From Eledone cirrhosa (Eukaryota), in NCBI GenBank assembly GCA_964016885.1, contig CAXHJY010000239.1:27349-91348 (forward strand): a DNA stretch of 64,000 bases, in the 5' to 3' direction. The notes beneath the pieces were generated by a model. The model was not told where the DNA came from. It worked only from the letters and a program-made list of their open reading frames with translations, and did no database searches. Positions within the stretch are counted from its first letter, which is position 1, and every line of letters starts with the position of its first letter. This document shows positions 1 to 11,009 of this stretch, one piece after another. The translations under genes and the position numbers were made by a program.

Positions 1-275
1 ATTGTATTTAATTTTGTTTATTGCCATTAAGATATCAGGGGCACCAAACGTTATGTCAGATATAGTGTGTTGGGGATTAACATCACTGATATAGTCCAGA
101 TCAGCCATATCAGGATCATTGAAAATCGAGCAGTATTACTTCTGAAGTATCTCACCTATAGTTTTAACATCACCATGGAGAGTGTTATTTTCATCAATCA
201 GAGGGTCTACAGTGAGACAGCAATCTTGTGTTTTTTTACAAATCAAAAGAACACTTTGGGACTGAAAACATTTAT
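1..275 (-). mobile_element. Degraded non-LTR (CR1/L2/Jockey-group) LINE ORF2 fragment, EN-RT linker region
   Basis: Manual minus-strand translation gives SPKVFF*FVKKH / TVDPLIDENNTLHGDVKTIGEILQK*YCSIFNDP...ISDITFGAPDILMAINK. This resembles the 'NPKxF..F..K..vGPL.d.....D....a.iL..qy.SvF' linker of LINE ORF2, with stops and a frameshift. Confidence 0.55.
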
Positions 276-849
276 ATAATTATATCCTAGAAATAAATTA
301 TAAAATTATTCTTATCTTTAATCACATCCATATGTCATTCGTCAACATAAACTATAGAGTTTCTTTTATACAAACAATTAATTAATCAAAACCCAAATTT
401 CATTGTCTGTATGATTATTCATAAACCCAGTAATCATGGTATTAAAATTAAATATGTTCAATGCTATTGCCATCATTATTAATGGCACTGGTCTACTGGT
501 ATATAAAATTTGCTAAATATGCGATTAAAGGGTTGACAAAAGCTCAAAATATCACTGAATAGTTTGACATATACAAATGTTTGGCCACTCCAGGCACCTC
601 TCCTTATCTCCTTGTTGTACTTAACAAATGAAAAACCTAAACTTAAATGCCAGTTTGAATGTTAATTATTTTATAAGTAGGGTAATTGCTGGATAATTGG
701 TTTATTTCCACCAGACATATCACATCCACACACTTATATACTAGTTATCAGTTTTGTGTTGACCACATACATTATTGACGTGTTATATTTTACCTTTGAA
801 ATAAGGAAACCTTTATGTAACAGGAATATTCATTTCTTTATAGAACTGA

Positions 850-1185
850 GGCAGCGATTTGGCAGAGTCTTTATGGATTTAAAATATTTTGACATTCATT
901 GCAGCTCATTGCCCTCTGAGGTCAACTTTGCTTTCCATCCTTTCAAGGTCGATAACTAAAGTATCAGTTCAGTACTGGGGCTGGTTCAATCACTTTATCA
1001 CTCTCTCTCTCTCTCTCTCCGTCTACACTTTCTCTCCCTCCCTCTTTCTCTCTTTTCCTTTCTTTCCCTGAAAGAAATCCACTGTTTCAACCTGGTGAGG
1101 GATAGGTTCTGCCAGGTTTAAAATTCCCAAGAGATACCTTGTGTCAGAAGAGTGCCTCTTATGACTCTATCAGGAGTTAAAGGCC
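850..1185 (+). mobile_element. tRNA-derived SINE (central GCCTTTCATCCTT..GGTCGATAAAA..AAGTACCAG domain) with (CT)n spacer and a ~110-bp 3' module
   Basis: Starts GGCAGCGATTTGGCAGAG, has the central domain seen in many copies in the window, and ends in a module also found at 2450-2580, 2735-2860, 20380-20490, 27020-27100, 36900-37030 and 41440-41560. Confidence 0.7.
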
Positions 1186-1897
1186 CTTTACCTTTTATCT
1201 TTATATAGAACTATATAAATTACTGCATGTATTTCCCGTGTTTTCCCAAGAATTGTTAGAAATACTATGCTGAATCCAAGAGTGTTAAAAGTTCTGTTGT
1301 ACTCAAATTTACCATAAGTGTCATTTCCAAAGATAGGAATCGAGTGAACCCTTCAATCTGAATGAATGAATATGTAAGAACCTCTTTAGTGCTGGTGCCA
1401 CAATAAAATAATCCTGGTAAAACCTGTAAAGTGCCATGAAAAATACACACAGTACACTTTATAAACGTAAAATGATAGTGACGATGATGTCACCAGTCTT
1501 GAAATTAATTTTATTGTGGGAAATTAATTTCATTGATGTCTAATTAGCAAAACTGTTAGTCTCCATATTTGTTCTGTCTCTCTGTACTTCCTGCTGACGT
1601 TAACTTTGTCTTTTATCTTCTCAGAACTGGTAAATAAAGTACCAGTCTAGGAGCTGTGGATTGGGAGAATTGTTAAAAAGTCAGACTGGATGCTTTGTAG
1701 TATCCAATCTAGCTCTGTGCATTCTCATTTCAAATCCCATCTTCTTTTGCCAGGAGTTGCAATTGGCAGATAGTATCAGCTATGGAAAGACCAATGGAAA
1801 CATTGTTTCCTATGACAGATCTGATGATTGGCTCCTTTCATTCTTTTTTAATGCGGTACCAAAATTTTAGCATTTAAATGAATTCTACAGTGCTTAA

Positions 1898-2337
1898 CCC
1901 TTTAGCATACTGCAAAGTGGACGTGTAGGCACCACGGAAAAAAGCACCCAGCACTCACTGTAAATGAGGTTGGTGTTAGGAAGGGCATCTAGCTGTAGAA
2001 ATCAAGCCAGAATCAGTTCCTGTAGGAGCAAGACAAGGTCAGCCGACCGGACACTGCCTACAACAGGACAACCCGTCTAACCCATGCTAGCGTGGAAGAA
2101 CGGACGTAAAACGGTGATGATGATGATGATGATGATTACTCTATATTTACTATTGTATTTTCATGGTAAAGGCTTTACCTCACATAATTATCTCACATAA
2201 TATCGAACCTATGAGATTTTGATATTTATTTTGAGAACAATACCTTAGCATAAGTGTGATTGGCCAGTTATAGTCGGTTTTAACAGAAAGTGGTGAGAGA
2301 ATTCTGGCCAAGTATTGCCGGTTTAAATGCTAAAGTG
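1898..2337. mobile_element. piggyBac-type MITE (family 1) interrupted by a SINE
   Basis: TTAA|CCCTTTAGCAT ... ATGCTAAAGTG|TTAA ends. The body matches uninterrupted copies at 13190, 23068 and 40274. Confidence 0.8.
1909..2136 (+). mobile_element. 5'-truncated SINE with RTE-derived 3' tail, ending in (GAT)n
   Basis: GGTTGGTGTTAGGAAGGGCATC...CCCATGCTAGCGTGGAAGAACGGACGTAAAACGG(TGA)n. Closely matches 39475-39760 and resembles the RTE 3' UTR at 6960-7117. Confidence 0.8.
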
Positions 2338-2449
2338 TTAAACCTGATACTCAGTTGTTCTCTGCTATAGGCAAAGCAGTAGTCTATCATACTCCATTTT
2401 CTTGGCAGAAGTACAGTTAAATATAAGGTAAGAGAGGATTGTATGTATG

Positions 2450-3060
2450 AACTCATGACTTCCAATGGGGTGGAGTTGTAGGGGTGCCATAGTAGCATAC
2501 AGCATGTCTTGGGGCATTTAAAACTTGATGGAGCCCATCCCTATCCAGGTTTTAACATGGTCTATTTCTTCCAGAGAAGGAGAGAGAGAATTGACCCAGT
2601 ACTGGACTGGTACTTTTTATTGACCCCGAAAGGATGACAGGCAAAGTTAATTTGGAGTGTAGAGAGTTAGAATGAATATCACAAAACATTGTGATATAGG
2701 ATTATCATATTTTATTTTAAAGTATTTAATTGTCCCGTGACTCCTGATAGAGTCGTAGGGGCGCCGTATTGACACACAGCATTTCTTAGGCATCTTAAGC
2801 CTGGCGGAGCCCATCCTTCTCCAGGCCTGAGTACAGCAGATTTCTTCCAGAGAAAGATAGAAAGCGGGAGAGAGGAAATAAGAGAGCAATATAGCGGAAG
2901 AATCAACCCCAGTACTAGACTGGTATTTCTTTTATCAACCTCGAAAGGATGAAAGGCTAAGTTGACCTCTGCAGGATTTAAACTCAGAGAGCAGAGAGTC
3001 AGAATGAATACCATAAAGCATTCTATCTGACATTTTAATGACTCTGCCAATTTGCCGCCT
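2450..3060 (-). mobile_element. Two adjacent minus-strand tRNA-SINE copies with the (CT)n-linked 3' module
   Basis: Reverse complement of the 850-1185 structure occurs twice (about 2450-2690 and 2735-3060). The head GGCGGCAAATTGGCAGAG is at ~3059. Confidence 0.7.
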
Positions 3061-3573
3061 GTTTTATATATCAGTACTCTTGACACATTCTATTCTCTAC
3101 TAAATACAATGAATCAGTCAACAATGTTAAAATTAGTTCTCTGCTGAAAAGATAATTCATATCTATGAATTTTTTTTTTTCCTCGGCAGAAAACCACTTG
3201 TAATAATGTGACTAAAAGAACTATAGTTGATTACTTCCACCATATTATATTACTGGTATTACAATATTCATAAAAGGATGAAAGGCAAATTCTTCTCTTA
3301 AACAGGATTTGAATAAAGATATGAGGCATGTGAATAGAGTCTCAGAACATCTGTTACCCTCTCTCTTTCCCTCATACACATTATATCTTATATTTCCCTC
3401 TCTCTCTTCTTCTCTCACTCACCCCCTCTATCTCTCTCTCTCTCTATATATATATATGTGTGTGTGTGTGTGTATCTGTTTATGTTCTGTAACTTAGTGG
3501 CTCAACAAAATCGAGATCAATAAAATAAGTCCTAGACTTAAAATCAGTAAAAGAAAAAAATATATATATATAT

Positions 3574-6500
3574 CTCTTGGACGAGAATGCGAGCACTCCT
3601 CATTGTTTCGACCGCGGACGGCTAACATAACCCCATCGCCCCGCGCCCCCCACCGCCCCCAACCCCCAAACGCAATCCAAAACTTCAGAGTTGGTACCAT
3701 AAATGTAGGCACCCTAAAGGGTCGCGCTAACGAGGTTGTAGAAATGCTTGAACGTAAGGAAATCGATGTTTGTTGTATTCAAGAGACCAGGTGGAGGGGT
3801 GGGTCTGCTAGGTTCATTGAGGGTAAAAAACGATGTTATAAGCTTTTCGGGGTGGGAAACGACGATGGGCTGGGTGGAGTAGGAATCATGGTAGCAGAAA
3901 AGTGGGCAGATAAGATAATAGACGTAAATAGAGTGAACGACAGAATAATTAAAATACGACTTGTCCTCAATAGAACTACGGTGACAGTAATATCTGCGTA
4001 CGCACCCCAATCCGGACTGCCCGGCACTATAAAAGACAGATTCTATGAGACACTGATGCTAACTACCTCCCAAATATCCGACAGTGACTATATAATTATC
4101 GCAGGCGACCTAAATGGTCACGTTGGACAACATTGTGACGGCTACGACGAAACCCATGGAGGCTATGGGTTTGGTACGAGAAATGAGGAAGGCTCCAGAA
4201 TCCTGGAATTCTGTGATGCAAATAACCTAACTATCTGTAACACTAACTTCAAAAAACGTGACAATCACCTGATCACCTATAGATCCGGGGAACATACAAG
4301 CCAGGTAGATTATATCCTTACCAGAAGACGTGACAGAGTGTCTGTTGTAAACACTAAATCCCTCCCCCATGAAGAATGCACCTCCCAACATAGACTGATA
4401 ATTAGCGACCTCATAGTCAGGACGAGACGTACTCGACAGCAGAAGAGGACTATCCTCAGGAGAAAAATATGGAAGCTAAAGGACCCCACAGCCAGGAATA
4501 AATTTCAAAGCATATTACTTGATGCTTTCGACAGTAAGGAAGAACATTTAGAGTCGGACAATATAGAGGGAGAGTGGGAATTTCTGAAAGCAAACCTGCT
4601 GTTGGCGACAGACGAAGTCTGTGGCCGGAGCAGGCCTGTAGGCAGGAGGAGAGTAACATGGTGGTGGAACAGTAAAGTGGAGGGGTCAATTAAGGCCAAA
4701 AAGCAGGCTTGGAAAGTATGGCGGGATGGGGGAAGTAGAGAAGACTATCAAGTGGCCAGGAGGGAAGCTAGGAGACAAGTGTACTTAGCAAGAAGGGAAG
4801 CTGAGGAAAGAAAGTTCAAGCATGTTCTACAACGCGATGACCAAAAACGTGAGGTGTTCAGGATTGCTAGGCAATGCGTCAAGGAAAACCGTGATATTGT
4901 CGGGGAGAAGTGTGTACTAAACGACGATGGCACACTTGCCATCACCGACGCTGATAAGAAGGTAGCTTGGAAGTGTCACTATGAAAGGCTACTAAATGAG
5001 GAGAATAAATGGGAGAAAGACAGTCTCCCCCATATCGACCCAATAGAGGGACCAGCAGTGTTAGTCGAGGGGAGTATAATAAGTAAGGCAATCAAGGATA
5101 TGAAGACGGGTAAGGCGGCTGGGCCTTCGGAAATAGTTGCTGAGATGCTGAAGGCATCTGGCACGGTGGGACACACCATGGTCACCCGCATAGTTAACCA
5201 AGTCGTACAGAATGGGGTTGTTCCGAAGGACTGGCATAGCAGCATCATCGTTAACTGTTATAAGGGTAAAGGAGACGCCCTAGATAGGAGTAACTATAGA
5301 GGCATTAAATTAATCGACCAGGTCATGAAGGTCACGGAAAAAGTAATAGCGCAACTAATCAGAGAGAGAATTGACCTAGATGAAATGCAGTTCGGGTTTG
5401 TGTCAGGCAAAAGTACCACAGACGCTCTTTTCATAGTACGACAACTACAGGAGAAGTACCTAGCTAAAGGTAAACCCCTCTACTTATCTTTTGTCGACTT
5501 GGAGAAAGCCTTCGACAGAGTCCCCCGCTCCATTATCTGGTGGGCTCTTAGAAAACTAGGCGTTGACGAATGGCTTGTGAGGGCTATACAAGCCATGTAT
5601 AAAGAAACAGTCAGCAAGGTTAGAATTAACAACGAATATAGTGAAGAGTTTAGCGTAAAAGTTGCCGTCCATCAGGGCTCTGTTCTCAGCCCCCTACTAT
5701 TTATTATTGCCCTTCAGGCTATAACAGAGGAGTTCAAGACAGGCTGCCCATGGGAACTCCTATACGCAGACGACCTGACACTCATAGCGGAATCAATGGC
5801 CGAGCTAGAGAAGAAATTCCAAACATGGAAGCACGGCCTAGAGTCAAAAGGACTTAAAATTAACCTGGCTAAGACCAAAGTACTAGTTTGTAGGAAAGAA
5901 AACAAGGCGGCGGTCCCTTCTGGGAAATGGTCGTGCTCGGTGTGTAGGAAAGGCGTAGGTAGAAACTCCATTTTATGTCCTAAATGCAAAGTATGGGTGC
6001 ATAAAAGATGTAGTGGGATCACAGGTAAGCTAACTAAGAACATAGATTTTACATGTGGCCGGTGTTCTGGTGCAATAAGTAGCAGCAAGTGCCCACAAAA
6101 TACTAGCTCTTTCAATTGCGCAGAGGGTTCTATAGAAATAGTGGACAGCTTCCGTTACCTGGGCGATAAAATCAGCAGTGGGGGAGGGTGTTCTGAAAGT
6201 ACTGTAGCTAGAGTCAGAACTGGTTGGAAAAAGTTCAGAGAGCTTATACCACTATTAGCTGCTAAAGGGTTCTCCCTAAAAATGAAAGGCAGGTTGTACG
6301 ATGCCTGCATACGAACAGCAATGCTGCATGGCAGTGAGACCTGGGCATTGTGTGCAGAGGATATACGCAGACTAGAGAGGAATGAAGCTTGCATGCTCCG
6401 CTGGATGTGTAACAGTAATATACGTGAACGGCAAAGCATAAACGAACTAAGGAAAAAATTAGAGATAAGAGGGATCAGATGTTGTTTACTCGAGAGAAGG

Positions 6501-7117
6501 CTACGTTGGTATGGACACGTGATACGCATGAAAGTCGATAGCTGTATAACAAAGTGCAGGGCAATAAAGATAGACGGTAGTCACGGAATAGGCAGACCTA
6601 GAAAAACCTGGGACGAGCTGATAAACTCCGACATCACACACTTACACCTCTCCAAGACAATGTCACTGGACCGAGACCTTTGGCGGTACTCAGTAACAGA
6701 GAAGACCCGCCTTACCTAAATATATAGTAAAACCTACTCCAGCCAGTAGGCATCTCTAACAAAATACACCCCCCGTCCCACCACCACCACCCCCACCCCA
6801 TCCACACCACCCCGTTCTATGTAAAGTTATGTTGGTGCCGCGCCATCGAGGCCGAAACAAATGAGATCGTGTAGGTGTCACGACAAAAAAACACACAGTC
6901 CACGCTGTAATGTGGCCGTGTAGGCAACACGGTAAAAACCTCCCAGACCCACACTGTAAATGTGGTTGGTGTTAGGAAGGGCATCCAACTGTAGAAAACC
7001 TGCCAGACAGTCCTATGCGAGCAAGACAATCACTCTTGCCTCAAGTGGGACTACCCCCGTCCAAACCCATGCAAGCGTGGAACACGGACGTTAAACGTTG
7101 ATGATGATGATGATGAT
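3574..7117 (+). mobile_element. RTE-clade LINE retrotransposon, near full length, inserted in (TA)n
   Basis: Single long ORF plus ~400-bp 3' UTR ending in (GAT)6, flanked by TA repeats on both sides (3561-3573; 7118-7129). Related copies at 37057, 43618 and 52858. Confidence 0.95.
3603..6719 (+). CDS. RTE LINE polyprotein: APE endonuclease, reverse transcriptase, PHD-type Zn finger, C-terminal domain
   Basis: APE motifs GTINVGTL, IQETRW, SAYAPQ, GDLNGHVG, QVDYIL, SQHRL. RT motifs NYRGIKL, QFGF, FVDLEKAFDRV, HQGSVLSP, LLYADD, FRYLG. RTE C-terminal motifs [22 protein letters not shown]. Uninterrupted 1038 codons with no ATG before the APE domain. Confidence 0.95.
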   Translation: MFRPRTANITPSPRAPHRPQPPNAIQNFRVGTINVGTLKGRANEVVEMLERKEIDVCCIQETRWRGGSARFIEGKKRCYKLFGVGNDDGLGGVGIMVAEKWADKIIDVNRVNDRIIKIRLVLNRTTVTVISAYAPQSGLPGTIKDRFYETLMLTTSQISDSDYIIIAGDLNGHVGQHCDGYDETHGGYGFGTRNEEGSRILEFCDANNLTICNTNFKKRDNHLITYRSGEHTSQVDYILTRRRDRVSVVNTKSLPHEECTSQHRLIISDLIVRTRRTRQQKRTILRRKIWKLKDPTARNKFQSILLDAFDSKEEHLESDNIEGEWEFLKANLLLATDEVCGRSRPVGRRRVTWWWNSKVEGSIKAKKQAWKVWRDGGSREDYQVARREARRQVYLARREAEERKFKHVLQRDDQKREVFRIARQCVKENRDIVGEKCVLNDDGTLAITDADKKVAWKCHYERLLNEENKWEKDSLPHIDPIEGPAVLVEGSIISKAIKDMKTGKAAGPSEIVAEMLKASGTVGHTMVTRIVNQVVQNGVVPKDWHSSIIVNCYKGKGDALDRSNYRGIKLIDQVMKVTEKVIAQLIRERIDLDEMQFGFVSGKSTTDALFIVRQLQEKYLAKGKPLYLSFVDLEKAFDRVPRSIIWWALRKLGVDEWLVRAIQAMYKETVSKVRINNEYSEEFSVKVAVHQGSVLSPLLFIIALQAITEEFKTGCPWELLYADDLTLIAESMAELEKKFQTWKHGLESKGLKINLAKTKVLVCRKENKAAVPSGKWSCSVCRKGVGRNSILCPKCKVWVHKRCSGITGKLTKNIDFTCGRCSGAISSSKCPQNTSSFNCAEGSIEIVDSFRYLGDKISSGGGCSESTVARVRTGWKKFRELIPLLAAKGFSLKMKGRLYDACIRTAMLHGSETWALCAEDIRRLERNEACMLRWMCNSNIRERQSINELRKKLEIRGIRCCLLERRLRWYGHVIRMKVDSCITKCRAIKIDGSHGIGRPRKTWDELINSDITHLHLSKTMSLDRDLWRYSVTEKTRLT

Positions 7118-8180
7118 ATTTATATATATTAGATAGTGAAATAGAGCTTCTGCTGTATTTTTGACTAAGTAAATTGGAGCTATAAAAACCCACAGAATGG
7201 AAAAAGATGAGCGTTGACATCACCCACCATGGTGGGTGACTTATTGGTGTCATGGTAGCCAAAGATATGCGTTCATGTCCCATGTACATCAATACTCATC
7301 CTTTTTCCATTATCTGGGTTTTTATAATTCCAATTATTAGACTAATTTACTTAGTCAAAAATACGGCAGAATCTCTATTTCACTCTCTAATTTCAAATTC
7401 TCCGCTGTTTGTAAACAAAAGCTTAAGCTTTGTACCTTATATATATATATAGTGAAAAGTTAGTGCCTGATGGCTGAGCTGATGCTGTTTCAGTGGTGAG
7501 TGGATAACTGAATTAAATGTTTATTTCCAGCTATTCCTATTTGTATTTCATACAGTGTTTATATTTGTCTATAATTTCCTGTAAGAGTCTCTGAAGTTAT
7601 GTTTCAAACACCAGCTTAATAGTGAGAAAGTTAGTTATATTACAAAATCACTCCAATTTTTTAGTATTTTCAAAATTATTTGAAAACCACAGGCATTGTC
7701 TTTTATTAGAGAAATGGTAATGAAAGGGTTAAAAAAAAAGACAGAAATATTTAATATTTATTTCTACTTTCATGTATTAAATTTTCATATATAATAGTTT
7801 TTTATGGACTGTTTTTGATGTGTATGAAAATGGTGTATAATTTAATATATTTTTTTCTACTGAAGAATATGTGCCATTCTTTATTGTGTTTAAGGAAGAA
7901 ATCTTATTTCAATTTAGTTAGATCTAGAATGTATGTCATTGTGATATTATTTAATTCTCCACCAGGTTTCTATGTCATAAGGCAACTTTCTAAACTGCAT
8001 ACAAACAGTATATTACTTTATTGCTATTAATTTTAATTTTTTCCACCAACCACCACCACCACCGCTTCAACTACAATCACCCCACTACAACCACCACCAC
8101 CACTACAACCACCACCACCACCACCACCATAACCACTAAGATTGTGTGTTGTCATATATTACAAAGACAAAAATTTATGA

Positions 8181-8682
8181 TTACTAAAAATCAGTAGGTG
8201 TAAAAGCCAAACTTGTTGTCTTCAATTCGGCTTTTGTGCCAATCCTTACCTATGTTCATGAATCTTGGGTAATAACTGAAAGAATAGGATCACAAATACA
8301 AGCAGCCGAAGTGGGGTTCCTCCGAAGGGTCTTTGGAGTAATGTTACATGATAAAGTGTGTAGCTCGGAGATCAGAGAGTCACTCCAAGTAGAGTCGCTC
8401 TTCTCCGAATTGAGAGATCACAGCTTTGATACTTTAGGCATGTGGTTAGAATGTCCCAGGAAAGAATTGCTGGACAGATTTTACAGGCAAAACCAACTGG
8501 TAGGAAGCCCAGAGGTAGATCCCCAAGCAAGATGGTTGGATAACATCCATGAGCTTGGCTTGTCTCACTTGGGGATCCAGCAGGATCAGTTGGAGATGGT
8601 TGCCTCTGACAGGACTCGCTGGAAGGAGTATTTGAGGTCTCTGCCCCCACAACCCTCTCAGGAATAAGTGGGTGAAGAAGAA
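8181..8682 (+). mobile_element. 5'-truncated, frameshifted RTE LINE of a second family (Expander/Rex3-like C-terminus)
   Basis: PILTYVHESWVITERIGSQIQAAEVGFLRRVFG...RW...DRTRW...LPPQP, very short 3' UTR with a (GAA)n tail. Candidate TSD AAAGAcaAAAATTTATGA (8163-8180) / AAAGAtgAAAATTTATGA (8683-8700). Confidence 0.85.
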
Positions 8683-8804
8683 AAAGATGAAAATTTATGA
8701 AATATGTGGGCAGTAACTGTTAGGACTATCTTTTGGATTTCATAGATGCTAGGTTTACCAGGCATGTTTTCTGGAAACCTTTGAACACCTTTCTTTATGA
8801 CACA

Positions 8805-10203
8805 CTAAGTTCAAATCCCACTGAGGTTAGCTTTGCCTTTCATCCTTACAGGGTCGATAAAATAAAGTACTAGTCACGTACTGGGGTCAATTTAATCGAC
8901 CCCCCCCCCCCCCAAAAAAAAAAATTGCTGGTTTTGTGCCTATATAAGAAACCATTATTATTATTATTAATGAGGGCGGTGGATTGGCAGTATCGGTAGA
9001 GGATTGGATGCGATGCTTTGCAGCATAGAGTTACGGACCTTTATGATCTGAGTTTCAAATCCCGCCTTATGGGGTTGATAATATAAAGTACGTCATGCAC
9101 TGGGGTCGGTTTAAGCGACCTCCCCCTACCCAAAATTGCTGGCCTTGTGCTTATATAAGAAACCATTATTATTATTATTATCGGTAGAGGGTCGGACATG
9201 CTTTCCAGCATAGTTACGTCCCTTTACAATCTGAGTTCAAATCCCGCCGAGGTTAATTTTACCTTTCATCCTTACGAGGTTGATAAAATAAAGTACCAGT
9301 AATGTACTGGGTAATTGCTGGCCTTGTGCCAAATGTAGCAACAATTATTATTATTGGAGTGGTGGTTTGGCAGAGTTGTTAGAGCATCGGACAAAATGCT
9401 TTGCAGCATTTAGTTAGGACTTTCCACATTCTGAGTTCAAACCCTGCCGAGGTTAGCTTAGTCTTTCATCCTGATGGGGTCAATAAAATAAAGTACCTGT
9501 AATGCATTGAGGTCGATTTAATCGACTTTCCCCTCCCTCAAAAAATTTTAGCCTTGTCCCTAAATCAGAAACCATTATTATTAATAGGGTGGTGGATTGG
9601 CAGTATAGGTAGAGAGTCGGACGCCATGCTTTGCAGCAAAGAGTTACGGCCCTTTATGATCTGAGTTTAAATCCCGTCGAGGTTAACTTTGCCTTTCATC
9701 CTTACGGGAGTCGATAAAATAAAGTACCAGTAATACACTTGGTAATTGCTGGCCTTGTGCCAAAAGTAGAAACAATTGTTATTAATAGTAGTAAAGGGCG
9801 GTGGATTGGCAGTCGGACACCATGCTTTGCAGCATAGAGTTACGGCCCTTTACGGTCCGATTTCAAATCCCGCCGAGGGTAGCTTTGCCGTTCATCCTTA
9901 CGAGGTCGATAAATAAAGCACCAGTAATGCACTGGGGTCGATTTAATCGACTTTCTCCGCCCCTTCAAATTACTGGCCTTGTGCCTATACTAGAAATCAT
10001 TATTATTAACGGTGGATTGGCAATATCTGTAGAGAGTCGGACACCATGCTTTGACGCATAGAGTTACGGCCCTTGCCAATCTGAGTTCAAATCCCGCCAA
10101 GGTTAACTTTGCCTTTCATCCTTACGGGGTCGGTAAAATAAAGTACCAGTAATGTACTGGTTAATTGCGGCCTTGTGCCTAAAACAGAAACAATTATTAT
10201 TAA

Positions 10204-10235
<32 letters not shown>
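8805..10235 (+). mobile_element. Head-to-tail array of ~7 tRNA-derived SINE copies with (TTA)n/(TAG)n tails
   Basis: Repeated GGTGGATTGGCAG..GGTAGAG (A-box like), GAGTTCAAATCC (B-box), GCCTTTCATCCTTACGGGGTCGATAAAATAAAGTACCAG and ATTGCTGGCCTTGTGCC...ATTATTATT. Unit starts at about 8805, 8975, 9181, 9358, 9587, 9796 and 10010. Confidence 0.9.
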
Positions 10236-11009
10236 ATATAGGAGTGTGGCATTAATGTAGCTTTGCTCTATGTTCTAGTTAAGATTATATCTTATGTTAT
10301 CTTCAGTGTTTCAAAAGAAGTCATCTTTTAAACTGTCTGTAGTTGTTTTTTTGTTTTTTTCCTGTAGTAGATGTCCTTCAGCTAACAAACATCTGATACC
10401 TATTAATATAGTAGTTAGTGCCATACAATCTCTTCAATTGCTAAGTGCCAATTAATCTTATAATCTTACTTTGGTCTTTTTTTACTTAGTTTGAAGAAGA
10501 ATCTTATATTATTAAAAATAAAAACAAAATCAAAACAAAAAAAAATAAAAAAGGAGAATTCTAGTTTTAATTGAACTGTACAAGACACACTGGTGGTGTC
10601 TCTTAAGCACTGTAATAGTTCTAATGACCGGATAAAACATGGTGATGGCTGCAAATAGTGTGGTGGGGGTGGCAGTAGGGGTGGTGGTGTTCATGTTGGT
10701 AGTAGTGGTGGTGGTGACAGTAGCAGTAGTTTCTTTTTGGGGGTTGGAGTAATTATGATGGTAGTGGTGATGGTGGTGGGAGTGGAGGTAGTTTTGGTAA
10801 TCGGGACTAAAATTTTCAAACCCTTTAAAAAAAAAAAAGAATTTAGAGAGTTTGGAACATAACTTAATAAAGGTTCTTACATAAAATTATAGTAGAAGAT
10901 TTTTAGATAACCAGGTTTGACATTGACCAATATCTTCTAGAGTAGATGAAAGAGAGAGAAAGAGATGGGAAGAAAGAGAACCATAGTTTTTTTTTTCTTT
11001 TTTTTTTCT

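Noticed and set aside
3714-6529. Antisense ORFs within the RTE (and equivalents at 43800-44741, 52800-53507, 60788-62662)
   Set aside because: Shadow frames of retroelement coding sequence with no recognisable motifs.
8975-9070. tRNA genes suggested by A/B-box motifs
   Set aside because: These are SINE heads; they continue into SINE bodies and do not form complete cloverleaves.
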